A stretch of DNA of 64,000 bases, taken from a virus. Below the pieces are notes generated by a model, which was not told where the DNA came from, ran no database searches, and saw only the letters and a program-made list of their open reading frames with translations. Positions 52,801-61,500 of this stretch are shown in pieces (position 1 is the first letter of the stretch; every line of letters starts with the position of its first letter). The stretch is taken from positions 1 through 64,000 of the IMG/VR virus record IMGVR_UViG_3300043436_001870. One strand, written 5' to 3'. Both the position numbers and the translations under genes were made by a program.

Positions 52801-55529
52801 TCCACTATTCTCTGCTGTTCTTGGTAGTAACTTTCCTTCAGTTGAATTCTTGTATTCTTTGCTATCCACTGAAGTCTGAGTTTATCCTTTACTTGTTGAG
52901 GATAGTTCTTTCTGCTAAGCTCATCCTCATATCTTGTAAGGGCATCTGTAAACAAGGTAGGCATGACCTCTGATGTATAGAAGTCCTTTGAGGCTTCTCT
53001 AAACTCTCTCAGTCTCTGTGCTATTGCAATTTCCTCAGGGCTCTTTAGTTGACCGGCTGCATTAAAATTTGAATGCATTAGTCTATACTCCTTCCATAAT
53101 ACATCAAGACCTTCAGTTACGGCCTTGTTTTCTTCCTCACTGTTTCTATCTACAGTAGTACTAAGGTTTTGAATTCTAGCAAGCAAATCTTTTCTTCTTG
53201 CCTCAGCTATAGGACCAACTGTATCATTATCATCCTTCTTAAATATTTTATATCTTTCATAATACTCTTTTACAAAAGGAGTATGAAAGTATGTTCTCAT
53301 GAAAATATCCTTCTCTAACTTGAGACGGATTGCTTCTGAGTCATCACCTGTTTGCTGAGCTTTTAATACGGCATCTTCAATGTCTTTGTCCATCTTAGCT
53401 GTTGCAGCTCTATAATCCTTGTAAGGATTGATGATGGTTCTCACTTCTTTGTCACTTGTAGTGCCACTTGCATCTCTTGCTGGTCTGCGATCAACAAATG
53501 TAATCTTTGCACCAAATGCTGCTGGATTGCTTTGATTGTATCCTGCTCTATCAAGTATTGGTTTTACATCACTAATAAAAGCATTACCTCTACTCTGTGC
53601 AGTAGTCATGACATCAGTTACTCTGTTCTTTACCCACATTGCAAATCCAAATACAATTGGATCCTGGTTATAAATGTAACCTTCCAAGAATGAATTTAAA
53701 GCACTGGCATCACCAATGTTACCCTGCATCAAATAATCAATTTTCTCTTCAGAGAGATATGCTCCTTTCTTAAAGGAGATTCTCTTAAGCTTCTCATAGT
53801 TCTCAGCAGCTACACCAGTAAGCTTTTCTCCTTTTTCAATTCTTTCTTTAAATGACAAGAATGCTTTTAGCTGATCTGGTTCAAGACCCCAGTAATCTTT
53901 CATACGGAGAAGTCTAGTTTGTTCAGATAAACCAAGTTTGTCTATATCTTGCATCAACTTCTTGTACTTATCATCAATGTACTGCTGCATTGGTTTCAAC
54001 TGAGTTTTAATTAACTCACTTGTACCATTGAAATATACCTTTCTTGTAGAGATCTTAGCTGTATCTATCTGACCCTTGATATTCTCTACCAATTCAAAAA
54101 TAGGATTCTCTGCCTCAATGTATCCATCTTGTTGAGCCTGTGCAAGAGTTTCCTTGAAATTATCAATGAAATTTTCCCATCCATTAAGAACATCATTGAA
54201 GTAGAATACAGTAGCAATATTATCCTTAGAATTTGGATCCTTTACAAGCCCAGTAATAGCACGGTTCATTTTAGTAGCCATACTTAATAGTCTGTCCAAA
54301 CTCTGAACAAATGCTGTAGTGTGACTTTGTGCAGTACGTATCTCCTGCATTATTTTGTCAATCTCCTGGGTTATAAAAGTAGTTGCATCCTGAAATGGTG
54401 TAAGGTTTCTTTTAATTTCCTCAAGGTCATTTCTATTATACTTATCTTTGATAATCTCAGCAGCAGCTGCATAGTCCTTGTTCTTTTGAATAAGACCTAA
54501 GTACTTATTCATTACAACATACATCTCATTAGTAGACTCAATGAGTGCATTCTTTGGTAAGTTATCTAACCCCTGTATTACTTCTTGTAGGTCAGTATAG
54601 TATTTGACTACATCTTCTTCAGACACAGCATCTAGATCAAGAATAAACTTGTCTAGAACAAGCATGTCTGCTAGTTGATCTAATGTGGTGTCTACACTTA
54701 ACTTCTCAATGGTAATCTTTTCCTCCTTGCCAAAAATCTTTCTTAAGATTTGGCGGATTGCATATAGAATATCAGAGATGAACTTATTAAAGGCACTGTC
54801 TTTCTTCTCTACTGCAGCTTCAGTAAGAGCCATTACTAATAGCTCTTCCATAATAACAGGATCGTCCTCTGCTAATTCAGGGTAAGCTTGTTTAGCTGCC
54901 TCAAGAAGTTTTGGACCCATTGATGTCTGAAGTACCTGGCTAACCAGTTTATCAAACAATGGTTTATTAGATAACTGAATTGCTCTAATTACAGGGTGAG
55001 CAAACTCGTGGAATGCAGTCTTCTCTGTAATCAAATTAGGAATTACATATACTCTCCCCTGAAAGAAGAATGCTGGCTGACCTTTCCATGGATTGGCAGA
55101 ACCTGCTGTAATTTCTGCAGCTGTCTCTGCTGTAATAACATCATAAGGAATACTTGTACTCTGACTTAAAGCAAAAAGAAACTGAGTCATTCTTGCTGTT
55201 ACCTTAAGACTACCCTGTGACTTTGCATCAAGAGTAATAGGATTAACAATTGTACTGTATGCTGGATCTGTATTTATTGATGTTTGAAATCCATTATACA
55301 TAGCACCAAGTGGTACATTCTTTAATCCCGGAGCATGAATTGCTAATGTCTCAAGCATGTCATTAAACTGCTCAATTGTAGGAATCTCTATATCCTCACC
55401 AGCTTGTTTGTTCTGGTTAATTGTAAGATATGCACGTTTTACTTCCTGCTCTGCTATTTCAGCAAGACCAATTGATTTAGCATATTCAATAAGGGGATCA
55501 AGCACCCCAGGCATAGGACAAGCTACCAT
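49809..55529 (-). CDS. giant virion (ejection/vRNAP-associated) protein with zincin-like motif
   Basis: 1906 aa; FHEFAH...EEL HExxH motif near N-terminus; hydrophobic C-terminal segments; adjacent to vRNAP. Confidence 0.75.
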   Translation of the reverse strand: MVACPMPGVLDPLIEYAKSIGLAEIAEQEVKRAYLTINQNKQAGEDIEIPTIEQFNDMLETLAIHAPGLKNVPLGAMYNGFQTSINTDPAYSTIVNPITLDAKSQGSLKVTARMTQFLFALSQSTSIPYDVITAETAAEITAGSANPWKGQPAFFFQGRVYVIPNLITEKTAFHEFAHPVIRAIQLSNKPLFDKLVSQVLQTSMGPKLLEAAKQAYPELAEDDPVIMEELLVMALTEAAVEKKDSAFNKFISDILYAIRQILRKIFGKEEKITIEKLSVDTTLDQLADMLVLDKFILDLDAVSEEDVVKYYTDLQEVIQGLDNLPKNALIESTNEMYVVMNKYLGLIQKNKDYAAAAEIIKDKYNRNDLEEIKRNLTPFQDATTFITQEIDKIMQEIRTAQSHTTAFVQSLDRLLSMATKMNRAITGLVKDPNSKDNIATVFYFNDVLNGWENFIDNFKETLAQAQQDGYIEAENPIFELVENIKGQIDTAKISTRKVYFNGTSELIKTQLKPMQQYIDDKYKKLMQDIDKLGLSEQTRLLRMKDYWGLEPDQLKAFLSFKERIEKGEKLTGVAAENYEKLKRISFKKGAYLSEEKIDYLMQGNIGDASALNSFLEGYIYNQDPIVFGFAMWVKNRVTDVMTTAQSRGNAFISDVKPILDRAGYNQSNPAAFGAKITFVDRRPARDASGTTSDKEVRTIINPYKDYRAATAKMDKDIEDAVLKAQQTGDDSEAIRLKLEKDIFMRTYFHTPFVKEYYERYKIFKKDDNDTVGPIAEARRKDLLARIQNLSTTVDRNSEEENKAVTEGLDVLWKEYRLMHSNFNAAGQLKSPEEIAIAQRLREFREASKDFYTSEVMPTLFTDALTRYEDELSRKNYPQQVKDKLRLQWIAKNTRIQLKESYYQEQQRIVDEINAIKAKLPATVAATIKIDELYEEMRQLLNPYRDEDMQPDGTAMSVNNIAAIKAVEEKIEKAKDALIGITGLTKLEQQELNDLFEIKSTRGLDQFESSRFSSLMDKRSLYGLSKADKQRIMELYNELSELRQSVPTVYYLDTANSIFSLIPIKTLIDTIGSKDITPDNADKILDPTFYNTVISKYPEVKAWFDENHTMKQTRDKTGAPTTKISRVRAWNVTRPSNAKHYETFTFTNSKGETETVLGVPSQQYTKRIVKDEYIVKEVTMLEALEQGDPTLATVDNYGRHLPRLDAPDNRFINQQFFDIKKNDKPLYDAILALSKYHLRFQEGSPSQSKLFLDIPRFMTSNYERNLNFLNADKKPENPISGWWRNVRNLFKGSSDDFDRGFNYEEQSMIMDGDLYDDQYAGIPIHGLSDLGVSDVSLDVVGGMLRYMLSAEKQRALIEMNPMARALQSVLHDPSNYVNIQKGISNSQIKARNIANNIKQKALWQQEQKDKSVRQRAIDNFIEREFEGVMAKGALGNDNDARWVTKTAQQIMKYSAFGYFALDIPSALKNDFSLRIQSMIEAAGGRYFNTANYGKGQLWATNAAMDLSMNLYTGKPKTHNEQLIMVFDAYQGRFEEKFGEQMSRSFAQDALGGLSWMTSFRKWTELNSTVSIFGAMMYHQTVERTVNGRTERIPYMDAWETVDGQIRIKEGVDPEWGVGGEKFKAFKNKVQGVTNNLAGSFAKFDYADADRYLLFKWIIAFKRWFVRMFLNRFQFRGSWRDPQYRFDAAVGDTVMGYHVESLRLLVRSIRQGSDYYRSRTDSEKIAVIKSLVDVGSLALLVLSISMIFGFDYDDPDKFEKLRKKSGPLPFIGTSETETDFKFMGWLSNHALMMAMGLKNEQQQWLTGGNYLEMLKFDSVAMHNTFDNYGKIIGGLTTSAMHSLFGTDDSKAYFDQREGPYVWMQEGGTDNPIEGYKPLTYLARSFGATGKSLDPAMAVTNFVKAQNWR

Positions 55530-58500
55530 TTACTTAAAGCATTTATTATTAAACTCAGCAATTTCTTCATCTGTTACAGGAGCACCATATTGTACAACAA
55601 TACGTCCTTCACCAAAAGTCAAGTAGTGAGGATTGATATATCCAAACTTCTCAAATAATTGTTGTGAAAGATACAAAAAGGTTTGGACACCTATGGTTGT
55701 TTTATCAGCATACTGTGCATCAGCAGCTGCCGGGAAGTATTCATTGTAACCAATGAGGTACTGACCATATCCATTAGAATCAAATGCAAGGTTGACACCA
55801 GATTCTTTCTTCTCCATAAGAGCAGCAATGTCTTCATCAATCATTGCTTTGTTCTCTTTAAGAGTAGCATCTGTCCATGCAGCCTTAGCATTGAAGTCCT
55901 TGATCTTACCTTCCTTAGCTTGAGAGACACGTGGTAATGATTTAGTTCTTATACCCAAAGAATTGTCACCCATAGCTCTGTAAACAACATTAGTACCAGC
56001 TGTATCTCTACTTTGTGTTGATGCTTCATTCCTCACAAATATTGTATTAGGATAGTCAACACTTAGCTGTATAGCATTCTGATCTGTTAGTTTATCAAAC
56101 TGATTAACTACCTTTTTGGTTTTTTCATCTGTGCTTGTAAGGAGGTTGAATGTAAGTACACCTGTAGATGTATCCTGCAGCAATTCAAACAAAGTTAAAG
56201 TCTGAATATCACCAACTCTTTTCTTATTTGTAGACTTACTGATTTTACCAGCAACTACTTTTTTAGAACCAAAGTCACCGTTCCATTCAATGTTTTGACC
56301 CCCCGATTGACCATTTCTATTTAGAGCATAAGCAATGTTTGTCGCTCTAGATAAAGCTACATACTTTAATTGGTTTTTTTCTTCTAGGGAAACAGGTGCC
56401 TCAATAATTGACTCTGTATCTACAAACACATTTGTATATGTTGATCCTTGTGACTTATGAATAGTATGAGCATAGCCATAGTCTATTGACTTTTTAAGAA
56501 CTACTCTACCTTTTTTATCCGTAACGTCAAATGGAGTCATTATAGAATCTTTCAATCCACTGTATATTGCAAATGCTTGATTTGCTCTTAGCTCTCCTGA
56601 TTCAACCTGAGCATCTAAAGATTTTTGATATTCAACCAGTTTCTGAGCAAGAAGATTAATAATTTCTTGAGAGGTGCTTCTACTTAATACAAACTTCTCA
56701 TATATATCACCATCACCATCTATTTCTTGTAGTTGTATTGTATATCCAGTTAGTTCAAGACCTCCTAGACCATTAAATGTCATTTTATTTTCTGCTTGAA
56801 CGGATAGTACTTCATAATCAACAGAGTTATTTATTTGAAATGTTCCACCTTTTTTATAGCCTACATTTTCATATGCCATAATAATGTCACCTATAACATA
56901 TTCTAGAATCTTAGACGTATCTACTTCTTTATCAAACCAGATTTTGTTTCTTACAACCTGGTTAAAATCCTCTACCCTTTCATTAGAATGTGACAATATT
57001 CTTACAAAGTTTCTATTGTTCTTAAAGTTTTCAGACTTAAAAGCAGCAATAGCTTGTCTTGTGAAATCAACTCCAGTCTTTGTTGTAACAATGCCTTGAT
57101 TACCAGAAAGTTCTGTTTTAGCATCTATAGCTGATGTATCCTTTTTCTGATTATTACGAATGTCTTCAAGTATAGGACCTAATGGATTTGATCCAGCTTG
57201 TCTTTCTACTTTAGTCAGTTCATACTTATAGGGATGATCAAATGCTTTAGATCTCTTAGAGGTAGTCTTATCTTCCTCTACAGGATTAAGCTGTGCAGGA
57301 TCTCCAATGAATAAGATCTTTGTTTTACCTTCTCCAGCATAATCAGACAGAGCATCAAATAACTCATCACCTACAAGTGAAGCCTCATCTACAATTACTA
57401 CATCAGGTTTATAAAGAGATTCTTTTTGTACAGTTAACTTAATTTTACGAAGGTCTGTCTTAGTAAGCTTAGATGAGCTACCAAGACCTAGAAGCTTCTG
57501 TAATGTCACAGCTCCTGTCTTTGCTAGTTTGGCAATTACCTTCTTAGCTTTATGAGTAGGTGCTGTTACATTAATAGAGAGACCTCTTTGTCTCATGTAC
57601 TCAAGGGCAATCTTTGTGATACTTGATTTACCTGTACCAGCATAACCCATCAGAGTAAATACATCCTGGTTAGGATTATCAATGAAGTCAGCAATCTGCT
57701 GCAATGCTTCAAGCTGTTGATCATTAGGTGTAAATGGTATATCAAGCTTATCAAGATTTAGATTAATACCATTTATTGTAACAATACGACCAGGAGTCTC
57801 TTCCTCTGTTTCAAGTGGTGTTTCTAATTCAGATACAGTGTCATCTGTAATTCTAACAATATCTGAAGGTATTCCCTCAGGATTAAATGCGTAGTTCTTA
57901 AGCTTGTTACTTACATTCTTATTGTCAATTCTATACTGATTATTAAACAATGATGTATACTCATCAAGAACAGTATTAGGTCTAGCCTTTAGATCAGTAA
58001 GAAACTTATCATAGGATGACTTAAGAAGACCATAGAACATATCATTAGGAACAGCTCTGATTAAGCTGAACGCAGATGTAGTATCAATACCTGTCTGAAG
58101 TAATGCATATAAACCAAATCTTGCAAATACCTTTGAGATTCTTTCATTCTCAATTGGATCTTCTACCTTAATTACATTAGGGTCAGCTAGTTCTTCAATC
58201 TGCTGAGTATATAGATCAAGTTCTTCAGGTGTAGGTCTGTCACCAGTAAACTTAAGGTTGTTAATAGTAACCTCTTGTTTCTTACCATCATTGGTTACAA
58301 ATGATGATCCTCCTGTACTAATCTCAAGTCTATCAAGAACCTCATACTTGTCTAAAAGTGATGGGTTCTCCTTACCAATTTCAAGTACTTGCTTAGCATA
58401 AGATCTACCACCAAAGAACATGTGTCCATGGTAGTTGAGATTATCCAAAGCCATATCTCTTAGAGTAGCCTCATAAGCTTTAAATGCTGGCTTTGAATCA

Positions 58501-61500
58501 TTCTTGAATGTATTTAGATGCGTCTTATAGATAGATGAGTTCTTTAAGTTTTCTGGACTATTCTTCTCAAAAGATCTTAGGACTTCTCTTTCATATACAA
58601 ACTTAGTATAGAGAGCCTCAGCTGTCTTAGCATCATACAATGCAAATACAGATGACTCCACAGGTGCTACCTCGTTCTCCCACATAGAATCTTTAGAATA
58701 CAATTCCTGTTGGAAAGTTGTAAGGATATCAGACTTACTTGCATACAAGATACCATTTTTTACTCTTGCTCCGGCACGAAGATATGTGACACCTTCAATA
58801 GGAACTTGTACTTCAAATCCTCTGTATACACCTTGTGTCTGATTGAATCTATAGTAATTAGATTGGAATACATAGTTAATCAAATCACTTCTGAATCTTT
58901 CAATGTACTCATCAGCATCAAGACCAGTCATCTTCTTATATGCAGATATAGGAGGCATACCCGAGATATCCTTATCAGTAAGGGATGCTATTTTTCTATT
59001 TACCTCCTTGCTATCTCTTAATGGGAATAGGTCACTGAATAAATCAAGGATGAAGTCTTGAATCTTGTAGGCAGACACCGGTGAATTTTCAATGATGTTC
59101 TGAATAGACTCGGGCTCAATACCATTAGCAAGGTCATCAATCTTAGCTAGTCTTAATCTAGCATCAAGAAGTGTCTCTGTCTTAGTACGGTCAAAGTTCA
59201 AGTTCTGAGTAAGCTGAGTAATCTGTGAAGACATCTCACTTATTTCAAGGAAGTGAAGGAATACAGAACGGTCATAATTATCAAAATCATTTGACTTATT
59301 AAGACGGCCTGCTAGGTCTGCTTTCTTAAACTCACCTATACCTTCTACAAGTCTATCAATTTCTTCAAAAACAAGTCTCTTACTAGGCTTCTTGTTCTTA
59401 TACTTGGAGGTAGAATCCTTATCAGACTTCTCTTGGAAATCTGCTACAAGCCAGTTAAAGCCATACTTATTATCACCCTTATCAGCAAATAGTATACGGT
59501 CTCTTGCCTCATTTCTAAAGAAGTTACCTACATCACCATAGCCAATAGCTCTAGAGTACTGACTCTTAAACTTACGTTGCTCCTTAACAAAGTCACGTAT
59601 GATTGGTTGAGACAAGAAGTATACGGCATCCTCAACAGGTACACCTGCCATGGTCATAAAGAGAAGACTGTTAATCAGCTCCTTGTTACCCTGAACATCA
59701 AAGATCCATGCTTTCTTAGCCACGTCAACAGAACCGTTGATCAATTGGCTGATAATGTCTGAGATCTTGTTTAACTGTTCGGCATCATAATTTGCTGATA
59801 ATGTTATACTATCACCTATCTTGTTGTGTGCAAACTTCAGTCTTTGTGGGTGCTCTACCGAACCTCTTTGAGTCTGAGTAATAATACGATTCTTTGTAAG
59901 AACCAAACCTGATCTACCAAAGATTGATTGAAATGTATTTACAACTGCAATGATACCTAGTACATCCTTCCCTACGTTGTTTGACTGATGCTTATATAGG
60001 TTTCTTCCTACCTCAAATATTTCAGAAAGTCCTTTAGCCTTCTGTGTGCCTGCTCCTTTAGTTTCTTTAGCAATAGTCTCACCCAACGGTTCCATAGTGT
60101 CCGTTGTATTAGGTGTAATAAGACTGCTGAAGTTAAATGGATCAAGAAGAATATCCTTGATTACACCTAGAAGTTGGTTTTCAAGACCGGCCTTATCATC
60201 ACCAAAGTTCATTACTGCAGAGGTCTTGTCTTCATAGTAAGTATCAATAGCTCTAAGTATATCTTTCTCCTCTTCTGTAAGAGTAGAGATGTCTAGATCT
60301 TCACCTAGTTGAACTAATTCTTTTATTTCATTGACTATAGCAGCATCAATTCCAAAACCAAGAATATCAGATATTAAAGCATAGTCTTCCTCATTAACCT
60401 CTCTCTTTGTTTTGATGGTTGGGAAGAAGGTAAACATCTTATCAATGTCAAAGTCACCACCAGACTTAGCAACAATCTCTGCAGGAAGAATAACAATGTT
60501 ACCTGACTCCTCTGGAAGGAATTCAAACACCTCCATGACCTCCATAGAGTTTAGACCTTGAACTGGGATACGTACAGCAGCAGTTGTTACCATTGCTCTG
60601 TTGTCCCCTTGGTTCAACCACCACTCCTGCTTTATAAGATGATTTAATGCATCCAGTCTAGTTACTCCATTCTCATTAGAGTATTTTACTACATCAGCAT
60701 GATTTAGTAAGTTCTTAAATGGACCTTGTAAGGATATCTTGATCTTCATTGCTGATACAGATATCACATTACCTTTCTTATCTAATTTAGGATTATAGAA
60801 TGGTAGACCATTTGTACCACCATATCTTCCTATTTCTTCTTCTGTAGCTGTTCTTAATCTACCTTGTTCAAATCCTACTCCAGATACTTGTACTAATGAT
60901 TCACCAGTTAATTTCTGATTAAGTATTCTCTTCTGAGCAATGTTTACAAGAGCTCTTTCAATTACATCTGCTGATGGAGATAAGTCTAGATCTCTTAACA
61001 GAGTATCTGTAGCTTCATCTACACCTAAGAAGTCTACCTCATGCTCAGACAGTTTCTTACCTGGGCCAGACAATTCACTCTTAATGAATTCAATCAGACT
61101 TTTCTTAGTAGAACCTACCTGATCTCTGATTTTCTGTTTCTCAATCTCTACAAGACTGTCTAGAATCTTTTCAAATCTAGATGCATATCTAGCAAACTTT
61201 GTAGAAAGCTTATCATTCTCAGCATTCCAGAGTCTGTATCTTTCATTCTTGTCTGCTATATTTGGTTTGTAATCTACAGGAACCTTATTTTCAAATAGAC
61301 CCTGCTCAATTAATTTACGTAGCTGAGAAGAGAATGTAACTTTCTTTTTGTAATACTCAGCTACTTCTAACTGATCCTTGAAGTAATCAAGGAAAACAGT
61401 ATTCTTTGTAAACTGATAAGTTGGTGCATCAAATGCATAACCCTCAGTTGTTCTTTGATTATCATTGTAGAACTTATCTGCCTTACCATCTTTAGTAATA

